From an uncultured bacterium (lineage in GTDB: Bacteria > Hydrothermota > UBA3073 > NMUJ01 > CBEVQO01), in contig CBEVQO010000003.1 in NCBI GenBank assembly GCA_965552055.1, forward strand, positions 96,001 through 160,000: 64,000 nucleotides of DNA, given 5' to 3'. The translations under genes were made by a program, and so were the position numbers. Under the pieces are notes generated by a model, which was given only the letters and a program-made list of their open reading frames with translations, made no database searches and was not told where the DNA came from. This document shows, piece after piece, positions 1 to 10,294 of the stretch (positions are counted from its first letter, which is position 1; every line of letters starts with the position of its first letter).

Positions 1-2738
1 AGAAGATCAAAGTTTACATCTCTAAATAAGATTAAAGAATCTCCGGATAATCTTGCACTCAGGTCTTTGAATTTACCATTGCCATAGATTTTGCCTTTTG
101 ATTTGAAAAGCAGGTCTGCATCGGTTATTTCTCTATCAATTATCGTAGCCACTATATTTCCGTTATTTATTAACTTAACCGGGTTTACAAAAACAAAAGA
201 AGTTGCTTTTAAATTACCTATTTTTAGTGAGCAATTTTCATCGATTACGAAATAATTCGAGTGCACTCTGAATTCTCCTCCACCAACATAAATTCCTGTG
301 CCTTTGAGAGTGCATGATTGCGCTATAAAGCGGAAAGTATCGGTAGCACCATAGGTTTGAATACAGCCATCATTCAATAATACATTACCGTAGAAGAAAA
401 ATCCTGTATCTGAATTTATAAAAAGGGTGCATTTTTTTGTCTGGATGTAAAGATTTTTACATTTATTTATAGTTTTGCTTCTAACAGCAGGATATCTTGA
501 GCGATGAGGAGGAATTATAACATCCGCATTTTCGTCGGGACATTTTCCCATATTCCAATTACTTGAAACCTCCCATTCATCGCTTACCCCGCCATACCAT
601 ACATAATCGCCAGTATATGCTGTTACGCCTGTATCAGGGATACCATTCGAATCTCGATCTATGCAAATATAGAAAACAGCATTTATTACTGAAGGAGTAT
701 TATCAGAAGGCAAACACTGATTTGATGTGAGGTTACCGTCCCAATTTTTGATAATTGCAAATAAAGCCAAAACTGCTCCTGTATCAACTTTTCCGTTTCC
801 TTTTCCGTAAATTGAATTCCAGTTTATTTTTATTTCTACATCACTTCCAGGTGTTGCTTGTAAATCACATTTAGATATCCATGCGAAATCGGTTGGATTT
901 TCAATTTTTCTCAATCCTGCTGAATCTTCAAGCCCATAATATCCGCAGTCATGCGCATTTACACAACCTACTACATAATCTGCCATGAAGCCTTTAACTT
1001 TGACAGTTTCGGGTACAGAGCCAGAAATTGCATTGTCAAGCACTCCTGTATTATCCTTTACATCAGAAGAATCCACAAATCCTGAATCATTTTTATCTTT
1101 TCCGAAATCTTTGTCTATGTAGATAAGTAGAGCGTTGCCGTTTGTTGTGGTAAGAGCACCTTTTATGCCTATATAAAGGTCATGTAAATCCCAGGTTATA
1201 AAAAGGCTATCGAGAGTATCACCCGACCAGTTTGAAGTGATTGAATTTAAAAGAGGGAATTCTCCTTTTTTCCAGTCATCATCACTAACAAAGAATATTG
1301 TTCCGTCTATTTCTGGTACATCATAAGTTGAGGAATCTCCTGCTGTTCTTGTTATTACTTTTGAATTGTTCCTTACATCTGGGGGAATATCAGGTATTCC
1401 ATCGCCATTTCTGTCAATAGTTATGGAGACAGCTGAATTCATTGTTGATGGGAACACTTCTTCTGGTAAGGTAGCATCACTTATTCCATTTCCTGTTGCA
1501 TCTTTTATTAATACAAATAATGCAATTTTCGCATTTATTGGTACTATTTCTGTTGCATCTGGATAAAGATTTCGCCATGGGATTTCGGCTTCAAGGTCGC
1601 CTCCTGGTGTTGCTCTTACTTTGCAATTAATCCACCAAAAGTTATCCATATTTGGGGATGTATCTAATCTTCTGAGTCCCACGGTATCGCATGTGTTATC
1701 GTTGCAGTCACCTGCATTCTTTGCGCCAAGCACAAAATCTGCGTAAAAGCCTTTAACAGGACAGATGGAAGGTTTATCACCGGTGATAGCGGCATCAAGA
1801 GCACCTGTCTCATCTGCTAAATCTTTTCTGTCATTCCAACCGAGAGAATCGAATTGTTGAAAATCTACATCAATATAAATAAGGCAATAATTCGCATGGT
1901 CTGTTGTTAAATGAGCATCTACTCCTATATAAAGATTTTGTGTATCCCATGTTACAAATAGAGAATAAAGTGAATCCCATGCAAAGCTTCCAGAACCTCC
2001 ATTTGAATTAGAGCATATAGAATCTGCCCTGCTCCAGTCATGTTTCGCAATGTAAATGTATCCATCAATCAAAGGACCTTTTGAAGTATCTTTTATATGA
2101 TACCAGAAACCCTGGGTTATATAAGCGGAATTATCTGCATAATCTGAGCATGTGTCATCGTAAGGATTGGCATCACTGATACCGGGTTTATTTTCAGCGG
2201 GTCTAAAATAACAAATGATGTAAATTGAATCACCAAAACTAACTCCGAGTGTATCCCTTGAGATTGAGATTTCTGCCCAGCCTCCTGATACAGATTCTGC
2301 ATGTCGCAACCCTCCTGCAACTTTCCATTGAGTGCCGTCCCATTTTTGTAAATCAATTTCTCCAAAGGCATCATTACCATAAGGAATCCAAGCAGTTATC
2401 CAGAAATCAGGTTTATTTGTCCAGCCAATCTGTGTCGTTGAGCACCATGGGTCTGTTCCGTTGCCTTCCGATGTGCCATTTACATCAATAGCAAACATCC
2501 AGTGTGCTGATTTGCCATCATTCCAGGGGTCTCCTCCAAATTCCCATCCGATATAAATGCAGGTATCATCATGAGTAATCCATAATTTTTTACATGCATC
2601 GTAGGGAAGATTATAAGAACCTGTGCTGTTGTGTAAATCTACATTCTCCCAATCTTCCCATTTGTTTGCATCAATTACAGGAGTAAACGCATACAAATGA
2701 GTACAGATAAAAAGCCATATAGCCATACATCGCTTCAT
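1..2738 (-). CDS. Large secreted protein, partial (runs off window start, >900 aa), with repeated DOMON/CBM9-like beta-sandwich domains
   Basis: Missing from the ORF track; translated by hand. MKRCMAIWLFICTHLYA signal peptide, then repeated units (LWITHDDTCIYIG; LFVTWDTQNLYIG...IYIDVD...ATPGGDLEAEIPW; LFITWDLHDLYIG...IYIDKD...ATPGSDVEIKINW). Frame appears open to the window edge. Alternative ATG at 2741. Confidence 0.75.
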   Translation of the reverse strand, partial: MKRCMAIWLFICTHLYAFTPVIDANKWEDWENVDLHNSTGSYNLPYDACKKLWITHDDTCIYIGWEFGGDPWNDGKSAHWMFAIDVNGTSEGNGTDPWCSTTQIGWTNKPDFWITAWIPYGNDAFGEIDLQKWDGTQWKVAGGLRHAESVSGGWAEISISRDTLGVSFGDSIYIICYFRPAENKPGISDANPYDDTCSDYADNSAYITQGFWYHIKDTSKGPLIDGYIYIAKHDWSRADSICSNSNGGSGSFAWDSLYSLFVTWDTQNLYIGVDAHLTTDHANYCLIYIDVDFQQFDSLGWNDRKDLADETGALDAAITGDKPSICPVKGFYADFVLGAKNAGDCNDNTCDTVGLRRLDTSPNMDNFWWINCKVRATPGGDLEAEIPWRNLYPDATEIVPINAKIALFVLIKDATGNGISDATLPEEVFPSTMNSAVSITIDRNGDGIPDIPPDVRNNSKVITRTAGDSSTYDVPEIDGTIFFVSDDDWKKGEFPLLNSITSNWSGDTLDSLFITWDLHDLYIGIKGALTTTNGNALLIYIDKDFGKDKNDSGFVDSSDVKDNTGVLDNAISGSVPETVKVKGFMADYVVGCVNAHDCGYYGLEDSAGLRKIENPTDFAWISKCDLQATPGSDVEIKINWNSIYGKGNGKVDTGAVLALFAIIKNWDGNLTSNQCLPSDNTPSVINAVFYICIDRDSNGIPDTGVTAYTGDYVWYGGVSDEWEVSSNWNMGKCPDENADVIIPPHRSRYPAVRSKTINKCKNLYIQTKKCTLFINSDTGFFFYGNVLLNDGCIQTYGATDTFRFIAQSCTLKGTGIYVGGGEFRVHSNYFVIDENCSLKIGNLKATSFVFVNPVKLINNGNIVATIIDREITDADLLFKSKGKIYGNGKFKDLSARLSGDSLILFRDVNFDL

Positions 2739-2743
2739 CATTA

Positions 2744-2771
2744 ATTTTAATTCGTTTTGTATAAAAGTCAA
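2744..2771 (-). promoter_or_regulatory. Promoter TTGACT-N16-TAAAAT, ATG 5 nt downstream
   Basis: Read directly. Confidence 0.55.
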
Positions 2772-3829
2772 GATTTTGATATTTCTATTCTTTTTTCCGT
2801 TTTTTTATCAAAGAAGTGCAATCTATTTTCGTTGAACTTTACTGGTATAATTTCTCCTGCTTTTATTTTTACATCATAAGGTGCCCTTGCTGTCAAATTT
2901 GTATCCCCGATTTTAAGGTGCAAGAAATTTTCGTTACCAATTGGTTCTATAATTTCTACCTGTGCTTTCAAATGTGCCTCTTTTTCATCGCAGAGCAAAA
3001 TATCTTCCGGACGCACACCCAGAATTATTTCACCCCGGGGCACTTTTTTTAATTTTATCTTAAAATCTTTTGATATGAATTCATCTTTTTCTCCTTTTCC
3101 TTCTATAAAATTCATCGTAGGGGTACCTATAAATCCTGCTACGAATTTATTTTGTGGTTTTTCGTAAAGCGTGAGTGGGTCTGCTATTTGCTGTATTACA
3201 CCGGCATTAAGTACCACTATCTTTGTTCCCATTGTCATTGCTTCAATCTGGTCGTGCGTTACATAAATTGATGTTACTCCGAGTTTTTTGTGCAATCTTA
3301 AAAGTTCGGTTCGCATTTGATTTCGCAATTTCGCATCGAGATTTGAAAGCGGTTCATCAAACAAAAATGCTTTTGGATTTCTTATTATTGCTCTGCCGAG
3401 CGCTACACGCTGACGCTGTCCACCCGATAACTGACCCGGACGCCTCGAAAGAAGGTTTTCCAGCTGCAATAACTTTGCTACTTCTTTAACCTTTTTATCT
3501 ATTTCGTCTTTTGGATATTTTCTCAATCTCAGTGGAAAAGCGAGATTTTCGTAAACAGTCATATGTGGGTAGAGTGCGTAATCCTGGAATACCATGGCTA
3601 TATCCCTTTCTTTTGGTGGTACATCGTTTACAATTTTTCCATCAATGTAAATTTCGCCTTCGGTAGGTTTCTCGAGCCCTGCAATTAAGCGCAATATTGT
3701 GGATTTGCCACAGCCAGAAGGTCCTACAATGACAACAAATTCTCCATCCTCTGCAATAAAAGAAACATTCTTTACTGCAACTGTTTTGCCAAAGATTTTC
3801 GTTACATTTTTTAATTCAACTTTTGACAT
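2768..3829 (-). CDS. Sugar ABC transporter ATP-binding protein (MalK/UgpC family)
   Basis: GPSGCGKST, VFQDYALYPHMTV, LSGGQRQRVALGRA, DEPLSNLDAKLR, C-terminal TOBE/OB region. Confidence 0.95.
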   Translation of the reverse strand: MSKVELKNVTKIFGKTVAVKNVSFIAEDGEFVVIVGPSGCGKSTILRLIAGLEKPTEGEIYIDGKIVNDVPPKERDIAMVFQDYALYPHMTVYENLAFPLRLRKYPKDEIDKKVKEVAKLLQLENLLSRRPGQLSGGQRQRVALGRAIIRNPKAFLFDEPLSNLDAKLRNQMRTELLRLHKKLGVTSIYVTHDQIEAMTMGTKIVVLNAGVIQQIADPLTLYEKPQNKFVAGFIGTPTMNFIEGKGEKDEFISKDFKIKLKKVPRGEIILGVRPEDILLCDEKEAHLKAQVEIIEPIGNENFLHLKIGDTNLTARAPYDVKIKAGEIIPVKFNENRLHFFDKKTEKRIEISKS

Positions 3830-3831
3830 TA

Positions 3832-4287
3832 TTAAATTGTGATGTTTTTTAAAATTTGAAAAATATTTACAAGATGCTCACCAGCTTCTTTCGTTGATTT
3901 CGCTTTTTGAGTGTAACTCCAGAATACAGAGCCTCCTGTTTCTTCTCCTGTCCCAGCATCATGAGAATAAAAAATATCATGGAATTCATTGAAATTTAAA
4001 TTTTTTAGATATTGTAAAAGCGGGGAATAAATTTTCTTTATATCCTGTTCGATAATCGCAGTTTTTGTTATTCTTTCGTCTTCCTCTTCCCATGTTCCAA
4101 ACTCAAATTCTTTTTCCAATCTAACTTCTATTTTCTTATCAGCATCATCGTAAACAACCTCACACGAAATATCTTTGATTTTGCCGAGGTATCTTAAAAA
4201 TTTACTCTCAATATCCACATCAAATAATCCATAAGGTAAGTTTATCTTTCTCAGTTCATTTACAATTTTTTCAAATTCTTCCATCAC
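3832..4287 (-). CDS. Hypothetical protein
   Basis: 151-aa ORF packed within the operon. Confidence 0.6.
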   Translation of the reverse strand: MMEEFEKIVNELRKINLPYGLFDVDIESKFLRYLGKIKDISCEVVYDDADKKIEVRLEKEFEFGTWEEEDERITKTAIIEQDIKKIYSPLLQYLKNLNFNEFHDIFYSHDAGTGEETGGSVFWSYTQKAKSTKEAGEHLVNIFQILKNITI

Positions 4288-4292
4288 ATAAT

Positions 4293-4769
4293 TTATTGAT
4301 AAACTAAAAATGTCAAATAAATTTCAAAAAAATTTGTTCCGATTGAGAAATCTATTTCGTGACCATTATCCGCGAAGTCCCTGATCTTTAGATAAGAGTA
4401 AGTTTCTGCCCTCAAAATTATATTCTTCATTAGAGAAAAACTTATTCCGAGTAATCCTTTTATTCCAAAGTCATTATAAGGCTCTTCAACTATCTGACCC
4501 CAGTGATTTGCTGTCTTTTCTGTTCCTCTGTCAAGAAATATTCCTCCACCGAGATACGGATACGATTTTTTATTGCCAGAAAAAGGCAATATGTAGCTTG
4601 CATTCACTCCCATTTCTATCCTTTTGTGCGTTACCCATTTGAGTTTAGCGCCAAACAGAATTTGCCTGAATTCAATACGAGTGAGAGATGGCTTCAGCAA
4701 TTCGAATTCACCTCCCGCATTCGTCCACCCAATTGCGAGCCCTATTTGAAATATCAATACGAGTAACAT
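4293..4769 (-). CDS. Putative small outer-membrane beta-barrel protein
   Basis: GAGGAGGG SD, hydrophobic N-terminus, amphipathic strands, YPYLGGGI motif. Confidence 0.5.
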   Translation of the reverse strand: MLLVLIFQIGLAIGWTNAGGEFELLKPSLTRIEFRQILFGAKLKWVTHKRIEMGVNASYILPFSGNKKSYPYLGGGIFLDRGTEKTANHWGQIVEEPYNDFGIKGLLGISFSLMKNIILRAETYSYLKIRDFADNGHEIDFSIGTNFFEIYLTFLVYQ

Positions 4770-4778
4770 AATCCCTCC

Positions 4779-7040
4779 TTATTGTATTAAAATTTTCCTT
4801 TTTAAAAATGAAGGTGGCTCTTTGCCCATCAGAATATAAATATTTTCGAGTGTTTTTCTAAACATTTTGTCATACTCTGCTTCATCGGGAGTATACTGGT
4901 CGCGTCCATACCACCAGAACCAATCAGAACCTTCAGCAGCATAAACCTCTTCCCAAACTCTTTCCGGTACATTTTCCCATTTTTCGACATCTTTTCTTAC
5001 TTTAAGTAAATAATCCCATGCGAGATTTTCCTCAAATTCTCCTATCCATGTGGAAAAATCTGCATTTATCCATGAGCCCGACCACAAATTGTGAAGAGTG
5101 GCTTCCGGCGGATTTTCCCTTATAAATTCAGATAGATAAACTGTTTTTACCCATTTTGCTCTCTGTAATTGAGAATATAGAGAATGTAAAAATTCCTTAC
5201 CATCGTGTTTATAATTTTCCCAGCAATTCTCACCGTCAAGGATAACAGTCACAAGAATAGGTTCTTTTGAATTTGCAAACTTTTTATGAATTTCATAAAG
5301 TTTACTTATAAAATCGTTCGCAGCATCTATTGGATGCATTTTACAATATCTAAAGCCGATATCATCCGATAATCTTGTATCTCTAAAAACTATGTAAACA
5401 AATTTATCTTCTGCTATTGCCTTGTAAACTTTGTATTTTTCGTAATCAGTGCAAAAATCTTTCCCAAAAGTTTTTGCCAATACTTTTTCGTCTGTTGCTA
5501 TCCATTTTATCCCTGCATCTGCAAAAATAGGGATTACAGATTTTGATACAGCTCCTTCAGCAGGCCACATTCCCACAGGTTTTTTACCAAATATTTTTTC
5601 ATACAATTTGACTGCTTTTTCAACATGGGCTTTTGCATCCTGGGGATAGCGAAAACTCCTGCCATTGTCGCATAAAAGCGGCAATATCGGGTGATAGAAA
5701 GGAGTCGTCGTTATTTCAATCTGTCCTTTGTCCTGTAATTCTTTATGAATTGTCAGCACATTTTTCATTATTTTGTAATGAATTTCCATAAGGCGCTTTT
5801 TATCTCTTTCTGTAAAATTTTTGCCTTTTTCCACAAGGTCTTTTGCTGTTATTACTTCGCCGTCTGGAAGTTCTACTTCTTTTTCCTTGAAATCAGGGTC
5901 GAGCCATGCAAGATTGAACCATACCTGTAAATCCCTGAAATCCTGTGTTGTATAATTCTTTATAGATGCTGATAAATTTATCGTACCATCGGGATTCATA
6001 ACTCTTTTTAACCGCAATTCTCTGTATCTCGGATAAATATCAATCATATTTTGCCAGTTTGCACTGAAAAAGTTTAAAATTAAAAATTCCTTGTCTTTCT
6101 TTGTCAATTTATTTGCAGGTTTAAGTGTCAATCTCATATATTTATCCATTGGCAACCCTTTTTCGTATCTCTCAATCATTTCCTGCAACTGCATTATTAA
6201 TACGGGAGTCAGGTTTATTGCGAGATGTATTTTTGGATATTCCTTTAGGATTGCTGCCATATCGTAGTAATCTTTTACTGCGTGCAATCTTACCCATGGT
6301 TTCTCGTATTCCCCTGTTTCCGGGTCTTTGAAATACCTTGGCTGATGCTGGTGCCAAAGTATCATCAGATAAATCGGCTTACCTACTGGCTTCAAATTAT
6401 CTACAATTTCTTTTTTCTCCTCGTGGTAAACCACCTTGCCCTCCTCTGTTACTCTTAGAACCGAATTAAATCCACCGAAGCCATCATCTGTTTTCCATGG
6501 ATTTTTGGGGTCTTCACGCCATTTTCCATCAATTACAAATTTATATTGATAAATTCCGGGTTTTAAATTTATCGTTACTTCCCAGTATCCATCTTTTTTA
6601 ATCATTTTTGTTGCTTTTGGATTCCAGTTGTTAAATGTTCCTGCAAGATATACTTCGTGGGCTGTGGGTGCGTGAATGCGGAAAGTTACGGGGAAGGCGC
6701 CTTCTTCTGGCGGGAAACCGAAATATACTTTGCCGTCATCCGTTACCTTAACTACTGAATTGAATCCTCCAAATCCATCGTCAACTTTCCATGGATTTTT
6801 GGGGTCTTCGCACCATCTTCCATCAACTACGAATTTATACTGATAGGTGCCGGGTTTTAAAGATATTTCTACTTCCCATACGCCATCGCGCTTTTTCATA
6901 GGAGTAGCAGTGGGACTCCACGAGTTAAATTCACCAGCAAGATACACAGATTTTGCATCAGGAGCTTCAAGCGTGAATTTCACTTTGTAAATCTGTGCAT
7001 CCAAAATGCATGGCAAAAATAGTAAAAATAATTTTTTCAT
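4779..7040 (-). CDS. Secreted GH57 amylopullulanase-like enzyme with two N-terminal glycogen-binding (CBM48/AMPK-type) domains
   Basis: Signal peptide; two VYLAG.FN.W...YQYKFV.DG.W.EDP repeats; WHQHQP, WVRLHAVKDYYDM, GMWPAEG (nucleophile Glu), ILDGEN, AEGSDWFWW. Confidence 0.92.
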   Translation of the reverse strand: MKKLFLLFLPCILDAQIYKVKFTLEAPDAKSVYLAGEFNSWSPTATPMKKRDGVWEVEISLKPGTYQYKFVVDGRWCEDPKNPWKVDDGFGGFNSVVKVTDDGKVYFGFPPEEGAFPVTFRIHAPTAHEVYLAGTFNNWNPKATKMIKKDGYWEVTINLKPGIYQYKFVIDGKWREDPKNPWKTDDGFGGFNSVLRVTEEGKVVYHEEKKEIVDNLKPVGKPIYLMILWHQHQPRYFKDPETGEYEKPWVRLHAVKDYYDMAAILKEYPKIHLAINLTPVLIMQLQEMIERYEKGLPMDKYMRLTLKPANKLTKKDKEFLILNFFSANWQNMIDIYPRYRELRLKRVMNPDGTINLSASIKNYTTQDFRDLQVWFNLAWLDPDFKEKEVELPDGEVITAKDLVEKGKNFTERDKKRLMEIHYKIMKNVLTIHKELQDKGQIEITTTPFYHPILPLLCDNGRSFRYPQDAKAHVEKAVKLYEKIFGKKPVGMWPAEGAVSKSVIPIFADAGIKWIATDEKVLAKTFGKDFCTDYEKYKVYKAIAEDKFVYIVFRDTRLSDDIGFRYCKMHPIDAANDFISKLYEIHKKFANSKEPILVTVILDGENCWENYKHDGKEFLHSLYSQLQRAKWVKTVYLSEFIRENPPEATLHNLWSGSWINADFSTWIGEFEENLAWDYLLKVRKDVEKWENVPERVWEEVYAAEGSDWFWWYGRDQYTPDEAEYDKMFRKTLENIYILMGKEPPSFLKRKILIQ

Positions 7041-7056
7041 AATCCCTCCTTTAATT

Positions 7057-10000
7057 TTACCTTAATTTTATGGTCTTTTTTACAACTTTATTCCTGCCTG
7101 CTTTTACAAGATAGAAGTATATTCCTGGTGGGACATTTCTGCCTTTGTCATCTTTTCCCTGCCATGTTACAGAATAAAATCCCGGCTTTTTCTTTTCGTC
7201 AACCAATACTTTTATCGATCTTCCTGTTATATCGATTATTTCAATCTTCACTTTTACTTCTTTTGGTAATTGATATTTAATCTTTGTGAGGTTATTAAAT
7301 GGATTTGGATAGTTACTTACTTTGAATATCCTTGGTGGTACTTCCTGTAATCCCACGCATGATGCAAGTAATAACACTTTTACAATGGGTTCATCAGGGT
7401 CATTTGAATAAATCTTCATAGTATCTGAGAAATTGCCTGTATCCTGTGGATTAAACCTTATTGTAAACTCTGTGCTGTCACCGGGTAATATTGTCTCTGG
7501 TAAAGCTGGTGAAACTAACGCAAAAGGTGAGAATAGTTCAACGCTATCAATTATAAGGTCAGCATTGCCCACATTACTTACCCACATCTGCCAATTTATT
7601 GTATCGTTAGGAGAGCATGCTCCAAAATCGTGTATTGTATTCGAAAGGGCAATATCGGGTGCAAGTGCCTTTCCAGAAAGATATATTTTTGCAACGGGTT
7701 CATCTGGGTCATTTGAGTAAATTTCCATAGTGTCGGAGAAACTGCCTGTATCCTGGGGATTGAATCTTATTGTAAACCCTGTGCTATTACCCGGTGATAT
7801 AGTTTGAGGTAAAGAAGGTGAAATTAATTTAAAGGGTAAATTTATTTTGACGCTGTCAATTAATAAGCTTTCATTACCTGCATTCTTTACCCACATCTGC
7901 CAATCTATTGTGTCATAGGGTGAACATGTCCCAAAATCATGTAGAGTATCTGAAAGGACTATATCAGGTGCAACCGCTCTCCCAGAAAGATATACTTTTG
8001 CAACGGGTTCATCAGGGTCATTTGAGTAAATTTCCATAGTGTCGGAGAAACTGCCTGTATCCTGGGGATTGAATCTTATTGTAAACCCTGTGCTATTACC
8101 CGGTGATATAGTTTGAGGTAAAGAAGGTGAAATTAATTTAAAGGGTAAATTTATTTTGACGCTGTCAATTAATAAGCTTTCATTACCTGCATTCTTTACC
8201 CACATCTGCCAATCTATTGTGTCATAGGGTGAACATGTACCAAAATCATGCAAGGTATCCGAAAGGACAATATCGGGTTGCGGTGGTCCTCCTTTGTACT
8301 TAATAAAGAACTTCTTCGTGGCATCAATATTGCTTTGAAGTGTTATCTCGTCGCCTGCTGGACTAACCCGTATTATTTGATTTATGTCGTCAATCCTTAT
8401 TGTATCATTACCTGTGCTTTCAAATACATAAGCCATACCTTCATAAACTCCAGAATTTGTATCTGTTTCAACGAGCCCAACTGCTATACCCTGTGGATAT
8501 ACGCTCGATTTTATTATTACCACTGCGATTTCATGTATATGTGCATCCCTATCCTGCCCGTAAATCCTTATATAAAGTGTATCTTCTCCGCCAAGTGAGT
8601 CACTGACCTTTGAGAAATCTTTATCATAATTTTTTAAAGAGTCAATGCTAACAGGTTCGCCAGGCACACCCGGTATAAAATCATTAAACCAAGGAGTATG
8701 GTCATTTAAACCTGCTATTTTTGCAGAAATATCTGCATCTGTTGTATCCCACCAGAAGTTATTTTCAAGATTCATCGTCACACTGGAAAGATTTTTTATT
8801 TCTGTATCCGGCTGAAAAGTATTGTAGTATATGTGGCTATATGTAAGCTTAAATGTTACTCCAGAATCTGCATCAGCCGTAATATAAGCGAGCCCTGCAC
8901 TTCTTAGATAATCGCCATTATCTACAATGAATGAACTATCAATTATGACCTTTGAATTAAGTGTGTCGTATATTGCACCTCCATATTTGCTTTTGTTCAT
9001 ACCGAGAACACATTTTGTTAACTTCGCAGAAGAATTATATCTTATGTAAATTCCACTGCCATTTCTTCCAGCATAATTATCTATAATAACAGCGCCTAAT
9101 AATGTCGGTGATGAATGATAAATATGAATTCCACCACCATCATAATAGGCATGGTTATTTACGATGATGTTATTTTCTAATGTAGGTGAAGAAGCACCAG
9201 CGATGTAAATTCCGCCTCCAAAAGGTGTGCGGTTGTTTTTTATGGTGTTGCCTTTTAATGTTGCTGAAGATTGACCTGCAATAAAACATCCGCCTCCACG
9301 GTCAGAAGCAAGATTATTCGCGATGGTATTACCTATTAATGTGGCTGAAGACCTGGCAATATACACTCCACCACCCTGCTTGGCAGAATTGTCTGTGATG
9401 ATATTATGGGATAAAATTGGTGAAGAATAAAAATCAATGTAAATTCCGCCTCCGTAGTCAGTTGAGTCATTTTTGATGATATTATTTATAAGTGTCGGTG
9501 AAGAATAATTAAAAATGCTAATTCCACCACCATAATCTTCAGCATAATTGTTTTCGATTATATTTCCTGATAATACAGGGGAAGAGTGGTACAAAATTTC
9601 GATTCCTCCTCCCCTATAATCAGCATAATTACCTGTAATTATGCAGGAATCTATTCTGGGTGAGGCAGACTTGATAAATATTCCTCCACCCATAATATGA
9701 GGAGAAGGTCCCTTTGCTTTGCCATCTTTTATTGTGAAGCCCCTTATTAGTGCTGCGTGCGATGCGGTATCCCATCCGCTGCAATAAATGACATGCCATG
9801 CGGTGTCTGTGCCATCTTCCGATACTGCTGTTAGCGTGCATTTTTCTGCTCCGTTTTCACTCACGAGCACCACAGAATCACGCATTATCAAGCCCACAGT
9901 GTCATTTATAAATAGATGATAGGTTCCATTCTTTACCAGCACGGTATCAATCCCCGGGTCTGCCCATGCAGAATTAATCGCTTTCTGTAATGAGTCACCT

Positions 10001-10083
10001 TCTGCACCTGTGGTATCAACTACCCATATCTTTGCGAAAGCCGTCCCTGATAAAATGATGAATAATAAGGCAAAACGCCTCAT
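7057..10083 (-). CDS. Secreted protein: right-handed beta-helix, three Ig-like (choice-of-anchor D/ASH-like) repeats and a C-terminal FlgD-Ig/T9SS-like domain
   Basis: Start at MRRFALL with AGGAGGG SD; repeated N.A..GGGI units; three PDI.LS.T.HDFG...SNDPDEP repeats; NYPNPFN...W.GKDD.G..V.PGIYF tail. Confidence 0.85.
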   Translation of the reverse strand: MRRFALLFIILSGTAFAKIWVVDTTGAEGDSLQKAINSAWADPGIDTVLVKNGTYHLFINDTVGLIMRDSVVLVSENGAEKCTLTAVSEDGTDTAWHVIYCSGWDTASHAALIRGFTIKDGKAKGPSPHIMGGGIFIKSASPRIDSCIITGNYADYRGGGIEILYHSSPVLSGNIIENNYAEDYGGGISIFNYSSPTLINNIIKNDSTDYGGGIYIDFYSSPILSHNIITDNSAKQGGGVYIARSSATLIGNTIANNLASDRGGGCFIAGQSSATLKGNTIKNNRTPFGGGIYIAGASSPTLENNIIVNNHAYYDGGGIHIYHSSPTLLGAVIIDNYAGRNGSGIYIRYNSSAKLTKCVLGMNKSKYGGAIYDTLNSKVIIDSSFIVDNGDYLRSAGLAYITADADSGVTFKLTYSHIYYNTFQPDTEIKNLSSVTMNLENNFWWDTTDADISAKIAGLNDHTPWFNDFIPGVPGEPVSIDSLKNYDKDFSKVSDSLGGEDTLYIRIYGQDRDAHIHEIAVVIIKSSVYPQGIAVGLVETDTNSGVYEGMAYVFESTGNDTIRIDDINQIIRVSPAGDEITLQSNIDATKKFFIKYKGGPPQPDIVLSDTLHDFGTCSPYDTIDWQMWVKNAGNESLLIDSVKINLPFKLISPSLPQTISPGNSTGFTIRFNPQDTGSFSDTMEIYSNDPDEPVAKVYLSGRAVAPDIVLSDTLHDFGTCSPYDTIDWQMWVKNAGNESLLIDSVKINLPFKLISPSLPQTISPGNSTGFTIRFNPQDTGSFSDTMEIYSNDPDEPVAKIYLSGKALAPDIALSNTIHDFGACSPNDTINWQMWVSNVGNADLIIDSVELFSPFALVSPALPETILPGDSTEFTIRFNPQDTGNFSDTMKIYSNDPDEPIVKVLLLASCVGLQEVPPRIFKVSNYPNPFNNLTKIKYQLPKEVKVKIEIIDITGRSIKVLVDEKKKPGFYSVTWQGKDDKGRNVPPGIYFYLVKAGRNKVVKKTIKLR
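7691..8278. repeat. Near-identical 309-bp tandem duplication (103-aa Ig-like module); a third, diverged copy at ~7380-7680
   Basis: GCAACGGGTTCATC at 7691 and 8000; long identical runs. Confidence 0.9.
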
Positions 10084-10101
10084 ATTCCCTCCTTTTTGCA
10101 T

Positions 10102-10128
10102 ATTATAATCAACATTTTCCTCTGTCAA
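10102..10128 (-). promoter_or_regulatory. Promoter TTGACA-N15-TATAAT (leadered, SD present)
   Basis: Read directly. Confidence 0.7.
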
Positions 10129-10176
10129 TAAATTTATCACGAGGAGGTAAGAAGCCACATCAGTGTCAGGTTTGAC

Positions 10177-10294
10177 CTAAAATTTTTAATAATTTTATTA
10201 AAATTTTTGAATTTTTTGTTAAATTTTTTAACATTTATATTAAAATTTTTGATTTTTGTGTTAAAATTTTTGAAATTTGTATTAAATTTTTATT
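10177..10294. repeat. AT-rich 21-bp tandem repeats (TTAAAATTTTT-type), about 5.5 units
   Basis: Unit starts at 10177, 10198, 10219, 10240, 10261, 10282. Confidence 0.75.

Noticed and set aside
7380..8278. Diversity-generating retroelement TR/VR pair
   Set aside because: Both copies are in-frame domains, with no adenine-specific pattern evident and no reverse transcriptase
10177..10294. CRISPR array
   Set aside because: Contiguous degenerate 21-mers with no spacers, and no cas genes
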